16,077 nucleotides of DNA from a bacterium (GTDB taxonomy: Bacteria; Hinthialibacterota; Hinthialibacteria; Hinthialibacterales; Hinthialibacteraceae). The notes under the pieces are model-generated. The model was not told the DNA's origin, searched no databases, and saw only the letters and a program-made list of their open reading frames with translations. Shown here one piece after another: positions 1 through 7,871 of this stretch. The position numbers were made by a program, and so were the translations under genes. The stretch lies in NCBI GenBank assembly GCA_041946805.1, contig JBHGBC010000142.1:1-16077 (forward strand), read 5' to 3'. Each line of letters opens with the position of its first letter. Position 1 is the stretch's first letter.

Positions 1-88
1 CTGACGGAACGGCAAAAAGTCTCCTCATGGTGGTGCAGACATCTTGTCTGCGCAAAATAGGGCGGCAGGCAGGATGCCTGCACCACAA
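1..88. repeat. 88-bp repeat, left copy, containing a REP-like inverted pair (GTGGTGCAGACATCTTGTCTGC ... GCAGGCAGGATGCCTGCACCAC)
   Basis: Aligns without gaps to 15990-16077 at 80/88 identity (manual count). Internal inverted repeat 30-51 / 65-86. Confidence 0.9.
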
Positions 89-400
89 ATATAGAACATA
101 TCCGTTGCATTTTCACTTTTTGCCGGAGCGTCATAGGCTGACTGGTATTGGGATTGAACACAGTTATGTGAAGACATGCGATGGGAAGGGCTATATGCAC
201 ATATCGTTTGTCTGACTTGGATCTTGATTAATTCCGGAGAAAGCTTCCCCGCTCCCCGTTATCTACACGAAATAGCAATGAGGCGTTTTTCGTTGAGCCC
301 GGAGCACGCAAGGGCTCTTGTTCGGGCCGATGATCAAAGCATTCATCCTACCTCATGCCCAGTGCCTTTTGTTCCATCTATCCATACCCTCTTCTGGTCC

Positions 401-506
401 ATGATCGTGGCCCGCGTACTCGGGCCGGCCTCCAAACTGGCCACCGCCCGCGAGCTGGGGAAACTCACCGGATCCAGCACCTACGAGGTATTTCTGGAAA
501 TGGAGC
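401..506 (+). mobile_element. IS1634-like transposase fragment
   Basis: Translation MIVARVLGPASKLATARELGKLTGSST resembles, from memory, the 'AMIVARxLxPxSKLATARxL...TxxSSL' segment of IS1634-family transposases. No other transposase portion is present. Confidence 0.6.
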
Positions 507-516
507 CTTCCACGCC

Positions 517-752
517 GTGCACGTCCGGCTGTACGACTTCCACATCCAGGACGTGACCGCCCGCGACGCCAAGGGCGGGGCCACCGAAGTGGGCCGCGGG
601 ATGATCGACATCCCCGGCGTGCTCCAGGCGCTGCTGGAAGTGGGATTCACGGGGCACGTGGCACTGGACTATGAGAAAAAAAGCTGACAATCCCCTGCTG
701 CGGAGTGATCGAATAGTATGCCTACATGTGGGGCGCGCTGTCGGCGCTGTGA
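517..752 (+). pseudogene. C-terminal remnant of a sugar-phosphate isomerase/epimerase (AP endonuclease 2-type TIM barrel)
   Basis: Reads RLYDFHIQDV...EVGRGMIDIPGVLQALLEVGFTGHVALDYE, then frameshifts at the A7 run (676-682) into KKADNPLL. A second shift gives GVIE*YAYMWGALSAL* with an internal TAG. The N-terminus is missing. Confidence 0.7.
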
Positions 753-760
753 GGGATTTT

Positions 761-790
761 GATGGGGTACGCTTCGCTAACCCATCCTAC
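761..790 (-). repeat. GTAG-type REP-like palindrome
   Basis: Minus strand reads GTAGGATGGGTTAGCGAAGCGTACCCCATC: GTAG followed by an imperfect hairpin, between convergent gene ends. Confidence 0.7.
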
Positions 791-803
791 ACAACTACAA
801 GAC

Positions 804-1790
804 TTATTTATACATCTCTCCGTTTTCCACGGCCGAGGTGGGCAAGAGGCCAATCTGGGTAATTAAACCGAGATGATCCCAATAATAATGGGCATAAGAT
901 ATCAATCCATCAGTGGTTATTCGATAAAGATCTCCACTACGTAGTTGAAATTGACGGCCGGTCGCGGGGAATCCAAAATACGGACTGGTATGAGTGCCTG
1001 TATAGACTTCATCCGAATATACCCAGCCATCTCCTAGATGAACCAGGAGTAATACTTCGACTTTCACATCGGCGAAGGAGGTGACATAAATTTCTTGAAC
1101 TGCGGCAAATTCATCGGTCGTAACCGGCTTGCCGAGGGCGGTGACAAAAATATCGGCGCCTTTCGTGAACATTTTTGACATTTCTACAGGCATATGAGCG
1201 TTGAACCGGTTCCCTAATTCGGGGGGAGTATCCAGGAAACTCAGCCCTGTAGGCACGGGATCAGGCATCGGGAAAGATGGCTTCAAGGGCGGCAACTCGG
1301 GAGCCGGCATGACGCCCAGGGTGATCATGAGGCCCTGCATGTCGCCGTAGGTGGTCACTTTCTTGATCTTGGTTCCCTCGAATTCATACACATCGAGATG
1401 CGGGAACAGGCTTGGATAATTCTTCCCGGATGGTGGAATTCCGTTCCATACTCCCTTGTGAGTCCCGGTGATCATATGCTCCATGACCAATATGTTCCCC
1501 GCCGCCAATTTAACTCCATCGGTGACGCTGAAATCCGGAAAGCCGTTGAACACGGCGGTCCAATACGCCTGCCATTCCGGTTCGCTCATGGGAGCAGCCA
1601 AAGGCACCAAATCGAACTGGAATCCGGGAGCATGCATGGTTTTGCATTTTTCCAGGTCGTGCGCGGTCAGGTATCCCATATATTGCGCGTGCAGGGCCTT
1701 GAGCTCGTCGGTGGTTTGGGAAAAGGCCGGCGGCACGAAGACAAGCGTAAGAATGATGACAATCGTTGGTATAATGGAATGTTCTTTCAT
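804..1790 (-). CDS. Secreted tandem SnoaL-like / ester cyclase (NTF2-fold) protein, 328 aa
   Basis: Signal-peptide-like N-terminus (...LVFVPPAFS-Q). Two SnoaL-type domains (GTHKGVWNGIPPSGK; GTHTSPYFGFPATGR) joined by a Pro-rich linker. RBS GAGGAGG upstream. Confidence 0.8.
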   Translation of the reverse strand: MKEHSIIPTIVIILTLVFVPPAFSQTTDELKALHAQYMGYLTAHDLEKCKTMHAPGFQFDLVPLAAPMSEPEWQAYWTAVFNGFPDFSVTDGVKLAAGNILVMEHMITGTHKGVWNGIPPSGKNYPSLFPHLDVYEFEGTKIKKVTTYGDMQGLMITLGVMPAPELPPLKPSFPMPDPVPTGLSFLDTPPELGNRFNAHMPVEMSKMFTKGADIFVTALGKPVTTDEFAAVQEIYVTSFADVKVEVLLLVHLGDGWVYSDEVYTGTHTSPYFGFPATGRQFQLRSGDLYRITTDGLISYAHYYWDHLGLITQIGLLPTSAVENGEMYK

Positions 1791-1856
1791 GAGGGTATCC
1801 TCCTCTGTTTCGCATTGATTATAAAACGATATTAACTTAACATTGTGGAATTGACT

Positions 1857-3902
1857 TTAATATTTCGACCACAAATCGGTTTTCAGTCCGCTGATGACAA
1901 GGCCGAGTTCCCAGGTGTCATCATATAACAAATAGATATCGCCTCTTGTTATACTTCCAAAACCTCCAAATAGTACTATTTTTTCACGATGACTATCATA
2001 AGCCATGGAAAATATATGTCTTGCATTTGGCCCTGCCACATTCAAACGAGACCAATTGTCACCATCATATTTCCAAGTGTCGCTATAACTGATTTCATTT
2101 TCCAATTTATCGCAGCCTCCGAATAAAACAATCCGCTGCAATGCATTGCTATACGCCATACTACCCCACAAGCGAGGTTCAGGTCCGGTTTCACTAACCT
2201 TTTGAAAACGAGTTCCATCCCACTCCCATGTATCCCCTAACGCTTTTGTTCCATTCCAGCCACCAAACAAAACAACAGTCTCGCGGTCTCTGTCATACGC
2301 CATATATGGAACTGCTCGAGGTGAGGGAAGGCCTGAAACTTCCAACCGAGACCATCGAGTTCCATCCCATTCCCATAGATCTCCTAACTCTTTCATGTTG
2401 TTGTCATGCCCTCCAAACAATAGGATCTTTTCACGCGCTTCATCAAAAGCCATGGCGTGGCCGTATCGTAAACCCGGCCCTTCTGCATTTAACTTAAACC
2501 ACTGTTGGCCATCAAATTCCCACGTATCTTCGTATGATTTCCATTTATCAGCATCTGCTCCGCCGTACATTACTATTTTTTTTTGAATGGAATCATAAAC
2601 CATGGGCATAAGAAAACGAGGCTCTGGCCTATTGGCTGGACTTATATTCAATTCTTTCCACTGATAACCATCCCATTCCCATGTCTCATTTAACATGGCT
2701 CTTGGTGTAGATCGTAAACCACCAAACATAACAACTCTTTGATGGCTTGCGTCGTAAGCAAGGCCGTGCCCTTGCCGCTGCGAAGGACTAACCTTGGTCT
2801 CCATCTTCACCCACCCCAGCGCCTCCCCCACCGCCACGGTTCCCCCGATGGGGAGCAACAAGGCCGCGAAAATTATCAGTGCGGCGCAGGATTTCCAGTT
2901 CAAACCCATTTGTATGTTTCTCTTCTCGTCCAGGATCCTCATGATTCTCCTCCCGATAAACCGTCCGTTGCGGGATAGGCCCAACGCATAGGGCATCAGG
3001 ACGGGGCGGGCATACATTTGCGTTGAGATTCCTAACAGCCCTTCGCTGCATTCCTGTCGGGAAATCCGAGCCGCCACGATCGCCACGTCGTCGCAGGCAT
3101 ACTCCCGCAGCCGGTCCACGATCCAATTCGTCGCGAGCACCACCGGGTTGAAGAAGAAGGCGATCTGGAAAACTCCCTGAACCAGCCGTGCCCACGCATC
3201 GCCCCGGCGGATATGCGCCAGCTCGTGCAGCAGGATCCACCGGATTTGCTCCCGCGAAAAACGCCGCGTGAATCCGGGCGGAACCAGGATGACGGGATGC
3301 CGGAAACCCCACACCGCGGGCGATTCCACCCAAAAGGCCGTTTTCCACGACACGGTCTGGTGGAGTCCCGCCCGGCGCGACAAGTCCTCCATCTCCGCAT
3401 GCCACGCCTTGCCCTTCACCGGCCGGATGCGGCGCGCCCAGGAACGCAGGAACCATTGATATTCCGCGAAACGGACCACCATCACCGCCACGGCCGCCGC
3501 CCATCCCAGCATCAGCCACCCCCCGAGCGACAGGCTCTCTGCTTCCTCCCGTTCCATGATGCTGCCGATCGGCGTAGCCGCCGGGACCGGGGCCTCGTCC
3601 CCTCCGCCCCGCAGCCGGCCGAACCGCCACCAGCCGTCCCCGTCTCCCGTCCCGGCCGTCACCGCTTCTGACATGGGCAGCCACGCATGGATCAAGCCCG
3701 GAAGCGAGATCACCCCCGGCAAGATCAGTTTCACCAGCACCAACAGGAACAGGAGGTATCCCATCTGTGCGGAGAGGCGCTTATGCAGGACTAACCACAC
3801 CAGACCCACGAGGCCAAAAACAAGGGCGGAATCGATCGTGCTCCGGCTCATGAAGGACGCCCACGGTTCCGCCCACGCGTTCAACCACTCCGAGGTGTTC
3901 AT
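1857..3902 (-). CDS. BlaR1/MecR1-type M56 metallopeptidase signal transducer with a C-terminal six-repeat Kelch-type beta-propeller, 681 aa
   Basis: N-terminal TM helices, SPAVWGF...ILLHELAHIRRGD (HExxH), FFFNP, REYACDD, then a final TM. Six repeats of (A/V)YD..r..vvlFGG...DTWEWDG..W. Starts 3 bp after the BlaI-family stop. Confidence 0.88.
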   Translation of the reverse strand: MNTSEWLNAWAEPWASFMSRSTIDSALVFGLVGLVWLVLHKRLSAQMGYLLFLLVLVKLILPGVISLPGLIHAWLPMSEAVTAGTGDGDGWWRFGRLRGGGDEAPVPAATPIGSIMEREEAESLSLGGWLMLGWAAAVAVMVVRFAEYQWFLRSWARRIRPVKGKAWHAEMEDLSRRAGLHQTVSWKTAFWVESPAVWGFRHPVILVPPGFTRRFSREQIRWILLHELAHIRRGDAWARLVQGVFQIAFFFNPVVLATNWIVDRLREYACDDVAIVAARISRQECSEGLLGISTQMYARPVLMPYALGLSRNGRFIGRRIMRILDEKRNIQMGLNWKSCAALIIFAALLLPIGGTVAVGEALGWVKMETKVSPSQRQGHGLAYDASHQRVVMFGGLRSTPRAMLNETWEWDGYQWKELNISPANRPEPRFLMPMVYDSIQKKIVMYGGADADKWKSYEDTWEFDGQQWFKLNAEGPGLRYGHAMAFDEAREKILLFGGHDNNMKELGDLWEWDGTRWSRLEVSGLPSPRAVPYMAYDRDRETVVLFGGWNGTKALGDTWEWDGTRFQKVSETGPEPRLWGSMAYSNALQRIVLFGGCDKLENEISYSDTWKYDGDNWSRLNVAGPNARHIFSMAYDSHREKIVLFGGFGSITRGDIYLLYDDTWELGLVISGLKTDLWSKY

Positions 3903-3905
3903 GAT

Positions 3906-4307
3906 TCATTCCCGCTTTGCTGGTTTGGTTTTTTCAGGCTGATCGAGCAAGGCCCGCAGTTTTTGCTTGTCCTCGGGTGACAGGCCGCCGCGTTGAACCA
4001 TGTAGCCCAAGAGCAGGCTCGCGTGGCCGCCCAGGGCCTTGTCCAACAACTCGTCGGCCAACTGAAACAAGGTTCGCGCCAGGGTTTTCCGGGGACGGTA
4101 GAGGTACGCATTGCCGACCGCGGTGGCTTTCAAAAATCCTTTCTTCACCAGGCGGTGAAGATGGGTGCGCACGGTGTTGGGCGCCCAGCCGTACAGTTCG
4201 CCGGCCAGGAGATAGACATCGCGGGCGGAACAGGTTTTCTTGTTCCAGACGATGTTCATCACTTTCCACTCCGGGGACGTCAAGGTTTTCAAGGAAGGCC
4301 GCGCCAT
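3906..4307 (-). CDS. BlaI/MecI/CopY-family transcriptional repressor, 133 aa
   Basis: LTSPEWKVMNIVW...W.PNTVRTHLHRLVKKGFL...AYLYRP winged-helix signature. Adjacent to the M56 gene. Confidence 0.92.
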   Translation of the reverse strand: MARPSLKTLTSPEWKVMNIVWNKKTCSARDVYLLAGELYGWAPNTVRTHLHRLVKKGFLKATAVGNAYLYRPRKTLARTLFQLADELLDKALGGHASLLLGYMVQRGGLSPEDKQKLRALLDQPEKTKPAKRE

Positions 4308-4332
4308 GGGTGCCTAAGGCTCCTGTTTCAAA

Positions 4333-4348
4333 AATGAAATATTTCATT
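4333..4348. promoter_or_regulatory. Perfect 16-bp palindrome AATGAAATATTTCATT, candidate BlaI-family operator
   Basis: Exact inverted symmetry, directly downstream of the predicted -10 of the repressor's promoter. Confidence 0.6.
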
Positions 4349-4355
4349 AATTAGC

Positions 4356-4384
4356 ACAATAACAAAAAAGTTCAGACTTTGCAA
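4356..4384 (-). promoter_or_regulatory. Sigma70-type promoter for the blaI-like/M56 operon
   Basis: Minus strand TTGCAA-N17-TATTGT, with an extended -10 TGn. Confidence 0.65.
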
Positions 4385-4446
4385 GAGATTTTTTAAAAAG
4401 CCACGGATGGTTTCGGATAAATCCAACCCGCGCGGCCTGGATGGAC

Positions 4447-4481
4447 AAAAAAAAGCCCAGTGCGATTGGGAACACCGGGCT
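4447..4481 (-). terminator. Intrinsic terminator
   Basis: Minus strand GCCCGGTG-TTCCCAATCG-CACTGGGC-T8: an 8-bp stem (one G-U) followed by 8 U. Confidence 0.8.
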
Positions 4482-4540
4482 GGGGAGGAAAGCGCGAAGG
4501 GTCACTTCGCGTTGTTACAGGCCGATTTTTTTAGAACCAG
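4447..4540 (-). ncRNA. Predicted sigma54-dependent small RNA, ~94 nt
   Basis: Bounded by a sigma54 promoter and a terminator. Contains a perfect 7-bp hairpin CGCGAAG-UGACC-CUUCGCG and an unpaired UUUCCUCCCC linker. No credible ORF. Confidence 0.6.
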
Positions 4541-4550
4541 TCATGCCTCG

Positions 4551-4567
4551 AGCAGAATCTGTGCCAA
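4551..4567 (-). promoter_or_regulatory. Sigma54 (-24/-12) promoter
   Basis: Minus strand TTGGCACAGATTCTGCT versus consensus YTGGCACGNNNNTTGCW, with exact GG-N10-GC spacing. Confidence 0.72.
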
Positions 4568-4639
4568 TCCCGGGCGGGTGGAGGGGCGGGGCGGCCGGGA
4601 GGTTTCAGGATTCTTCACGACGTTTTCTAATTCGTTCAT

Positions 4640-4652
4640 AAACAATAACTTG
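4640..4652 (+). promoter_or_regulatory. Candidate IHF binding site
   Basis: AAACAATAACTTG versus WATCAANNNNTTR (1 mismatch), with an AT-rich 5' flank in otherwise GC-rich DNA. Confidence 0.5.
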
Positions 4653-4693
4653 CGCAGAAGGGCGGCCGGAAGGGCGGCTGCGGAAGGAAATAC

Positions 4694-4711
4694 CTGGAAT
4701 TGCGATTGCAT
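4694..4711 (+). promoter_or_regulatory. Weaker candidate sigma54 promoter facing the hydrogenase operon
   Basis: CTGGAATTGCGATTGCAT: GG-N10-GC spacing and TTGCA at -12, but TGGAAT instead of TGGCAC. Confidence 0.4.
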
Positions 4712-4931
4712 TACGAAAACCGGCGGAATCGGGGCGGGGCGGTTCTTGATTTTGAGACACGGCGTTCGAGAATCGGACACTCTACTCGCCGGACCCGGGT
4801 GGGGCGGGAGTGTTTTTTGGGGGGAGATGGTTAAAAAAACCGATATATCTAATTATTTTTTTCTTTACTTGGATGGGAAAATATGGTAATGAATGAGTAT
4901 CCATCCTGGCGAAGGCAAGGAATGACGCATC

Positions 4932-6110
4932 ATGGCCAAGCCCTCCGAGCCCTCTTCCACAGCATCCCCGCGCATCGACCGCGCCGGTTTCCAAGCCTTG
5001 ATCGAATTGCTCCGAAAACTCGGCTTTACCGTGATCGGGCCCCGCATCCGGGACGGGGCCATCGTGTATGAGGAAACGGCATCCCCCGCGGATTTTCCCA
5101 TCGGGTGGACCGACGATCAGGAGGGGGGGAAGTACCGGCTCAAGAAGAAGAAAAACACCACTTGGTTTTGTTACACGGTGGGTCCGCAATCGTGGAAAAA
5201 ATACCTATGGCCCGCCCATCAGTTTTTATGGAAGGCCCAGCGGAACGAGTCAGGATTCCAGATCACCGGGAATCACCGCGCGAGCCCGGCGTACGCGTTC
5301 ATCGGCGTGCGGCCGTGTGAGCTGGCCGCCATCGCCCTCCATGACCGGGTGTTCCTGCAAGGCCCGTTCCGGGATCCCGGTTATCAAAATCTCCGTGAAA
5401 AGCTCTTCGTGGTGGCGGTGAATTGCGCCAAGGCGGGAGGAACCTGCTTTTGCGCGTCGTTGAAGACCGGCCCGAAGGCCGCCGCGGGCTTCGATCTGGC
5501 CCTTACCGAGTTGTACGACAGCGAGCGCCACGATTTTCTGGTGGAAACCGGCTCGGAGCGGGGGCGGGAAATCCTCCAGCAGATTCCGCAGGAGACCGCG
5601 TCCAAAAAAGACATGGACCTGGCGGAGGCCTTGCTGCATAAAAGCGCCGCGTCCCTGGGGCGGACGTTGGACACCGAGGGCCTCAAGGAGTTGATCTACC
5701 GCAACCTGGAGCATCCCCTGTGGGACGAGATCGCGTCGCGGTGCCTGTCGTGCGGCAACTGCACCTTGGTCTGCCCGACCTGTTTCTGTACGTCGGTGGA
5801 GGATTCCACCAGCCTCACGGGGGATCACGCGGAGCGGGGGCGGGCCTGGGATTCCTGTTTCACGCTCGATTTTTCGTACATCCACGGGGGGAGCGTGCGG
5901 GCCTCCCCCAAGGCGCGGTTCCGCCAGTGGATGAGCCACAAACTGGCCACGTGGCAGGACCAGTTCGGCGCGCCGGGGTGCGTGGGATGCGGGCGGTGCA
6001 TCACGTGGTGCCCGGTGGGCATCGACATCACCCGCGAGGCGGAAGCCCTGCGGGAAAGCGAGCGGCCCAGCGGCAAGACCCGCGTGGGCGTCCAGGGCGG
6101 GCCGGTGTGA
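4932..6110 (+). CDS. hydB: Group 3b [NiFe]-hydrogenase (sulfhydrogenase) beta subunit, 4Fe-4S dicluster protein
   Basis: [17 protein letters not shown]...[40 protein letters not shown] motifs. Confidence 0.92.
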   Translation: MAKPSEPSSTASPRIDRAGFQALIELLRKLGFTVIGPRIRDGAIVYEETASPADFPIGWTDDQEGGKYRLKKKKNTTWFCYTVGPQSWKKYLWPAHQFLWKAQRNESGFQITGNHRASPAYAFIGVRPCELAAIALHDRVFLQGPFRDPGYQNLREKLFVVAVNCAKAGGTCFCASLKTGPKAAAGFDLALTELYDSERHDFLVETGSERGREILQQIPQETASKKDMDLAEALLHKSAASLGRTLDTEGLKELIYRNLEHPLWDEIASRCLSCGNCTLVCPTCFCTSVEDSTSLTGDHAERGRAWDSCFTLDFSYIHGGSVRASPKARFRQWMSHKLATWQDQFGAPGCVGCGRCITWCPVGIDITREAEALRESERPSGKTRVGVQGGPV

Positions 6111-6130
6111 GGGCCGCCGTATTCTGGGTT

Positions 6131-6163
6131 CCCTCACCATACCCCTCTCCCAGGGGGAGAGGG
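6131..6163. repeat. CCCTCTCCC-N3-GGGAGAGGG REP-like hairpin with a CCCTCACC tail
   Basis: Same family as the copies at 12508, 12658, 14282, 14568 and 15937. Confidence 0.85.
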
Positions 6164-6235
6164 CTGCGGTGACCGGTTTTACATAAAGGCGTGATTGATC
6201 AACGAAGTGACCTTGAGCCGGAAGGGAGTGGCGTC

Positions 6236-7072
6236 ATGGCCGTGGATCCGGACCCCATGCTTCCCCGTTCATACCGTGTCGACCGGATCATCGAGGAGAC
6301 GGACGACACCTTCACGTTGCACCTCGAGCCCTTCGACAGCCATAACGGGCAGCCGTACGCGGCGGGGCAGTTCAACATGCTGTACGTGTACGGCGTTGGC
6401 GAAGTGCCCATCTCCATCAGCGGCAGCCCGGTGGCGCCCGTGCCCCTGGTGCACACGACGCGGTTGGTGGGGGCCGTCACGCGGGCGATGCGCGCGCTGA
6501 AGAAGGGGGATCTGATCGGAGTCCGCGGCCCGTATGGCAGCCATTGGCCCATCGAGAAGGCCGAGGGCAGCGATGTGGTGATCGTGGCGGGCGGGATCGG
6601 GCTGGCTCCCCTGCGTCCCGCGTTGTATCAGATGATGGCCCAGCGCGAGAAGTTCGGGCGCATCGTGCTGCTGTACGGCACGCGCACGCCTGACGACATC
6701 CTGTTCCGGCAGGAGCTCAAGCAGTGGCGGGGTGAATTCGACCTCGAGATCTATATCACCGTGGACCGGGCCATGGAGGGCTGGCGGGGCAACGTGGGCG
6801 TGGTGACCACGCTGATTCCCCGCGCCCCGTTCGATCCCCACAACACCGTGGCGCTCATTTGTGGGCCGGAAGTCATGATGAAATTCACCGTTCAGGGGCT
6901 GAACAAACGGGGGGTGACTTACGACCGGATTTTTGTCTCCATGGAACGCAACATGAAATGCGGGACCGGCTTTTGCGGCCATTGCCAGTTCGGCCCCACC
7001 TTTGTCTGCAAGGACGGGCCGGTGTTCGCCTACAGCCAGATCCAGAACTGGTTCGACAAGTGGGAGATTTAA
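6236..7072 (+). CDS. hydG: Group 3b hydrogenase gamma subunit (FAD/NAD(P)-binding, 2Fe-2S)
   Basis: [53 protein letters not shown]...[11 protein letters not shown] 6236 has a GGGAG RBS; the ORF is open from GTG 6191. Confidence 0.92.
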   Translation: MAVDPDPMLPRSYRVDRIIEETDDTFTLHLEPFDSHNGQPYAAGQFNMLYVYGVGEVPISISGSPVAPVPLVHTTRLVGAVTRAMRALKKGDLIGVRGPYGSHWPIEKAEGSDVVIVAGGIGLAPLRPALYQMMAQREKFGRIVLLYGTRTPDDILFRQELKQWRGEFDLEIYITVDRAMEGWRGNVGVVTTLIPRAPFDPHNTVALICGPEVMMKFTVQGLNKRGVTYDRIFVSMERNMKCGTGFCGHCQFGPTFVCKDGPVFAYSQIQNWFDKWEI

Positions 7073-7091
7073 CAGGAGAAGGGCGCGCATC

Positions 7092-7871
7092 ATGAAAAGA
7101 CGGGCGAAACCCAAACTGGCGGTGTGGAAGTTCGCGTCCTGCGACGGGTGCCAACTGAGCCTGTTGGATTGCGAGGAGGAACTGCTGGCGGTGGTGGGCG
7201 AAGTGGAGATCGCCAATTTCCTGGAGGCCTCGCGGGCGGTGGTCAAGGGCCCCTACGACATTTCGCTGGTTGAAGGCTCCATCACCACACCCCACGACGC
7301 GGAGCGGATACACCAGGTGCGGCGGATGTCCACGATCCTCATTACCATCGGGGCGTGCGCCACGGCGGGGGGCATCCAATCCTTGCGGAATTTCAAGAAT
7401 ATCAACGAGTTCGTGACCTTGGTGTATCCCTCGCCGCAGCACATCGACACATTGAAGAAGTCGACTCCCATCGCCGACCATGTGTTCGTCGATTTCGAGC
7501 TGCGCGGCTGCCCGATCAACAAACACCAGCTCATCGAGGTGCTCAGCGCCCATCTCAACAACCGCAAGCCCAACATCCCCAATTACAGTGTCTGCATGGA
7601 ATGCAAACGCCAGGGGAACGTGTGCGTGATGGTCGCGCACGGCCTGCCCTGCATGGGACCGGTCACGCAGGCCGGCTGCGGCGCGTTGTGCCCGTCATAC
7701 CAGCGAGGGTGCTTCGCCTGCTTCGGACCCAAGGAGTCGTCCAACACCAGCAGCCTCAGCGAATGGTTCACCCAGAACGGCATGAAAAAGGAAGACGTGA
7801 TCCGCGCCTTTCGGGGCTTCAATGCCTACGCCGAGCCGTTCCGGAGGGAGAGTGAAGCGTATGAAAGATAA
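7092..7871 (+). CDS. hydD: Group 3b hydrogenase small (delta) subunit
   Basis: [34 protein letters not shown]...[16 protein letters not shown]...CFACFGP. No Tat signal. RBS AGGAG before ATG 7092. Confidence 0.92.
   Translation: MKRRAKPKLAVWKFASCDGCQLSLLDCEEELLAVVGEVEIANFLEASRAVVKGPYDISLVEGSITTPHDAERIHQVRRMSTILITIGACATAGGIQSLRNFKNINEFVTLVYPSPQHIDTLKKSTPIADHVFVDFELRGCPINKHQLIEVLSAHLNNRKPNIPNYSVCMECKRQGNVCVMVAHGLPCMGPVTQAGCGALCPSYQRGCFACFGPKESSNTSSLSEWFTQNGMKKEDVIRAFRGFNAYAEPFRRESEAYER

Noticed and set aside
1818..1846. Internal promoter for the SnoaL gene (perfect TATAAT on the minus strand)
   Set aside because: No -35 or extended -10 at the proper spacing, and chance matches are likely in an AT-rich spacer. 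It is not excluded, but cannot be supported.
4629..4658. dif/pdif Xer site (ATTCGTTCATAA resembles a XerC arm)
   Set aside because: No TTATGTTAAAT-like XerD arm follows the 6-bp spacer. An IHF site fits better.
4407..4889. 160-aa ORF in the divergent intergenic region
   Set aside because: No recognisable motif or RBS, and it runs across promoter, terminator and homopolymer tracts.
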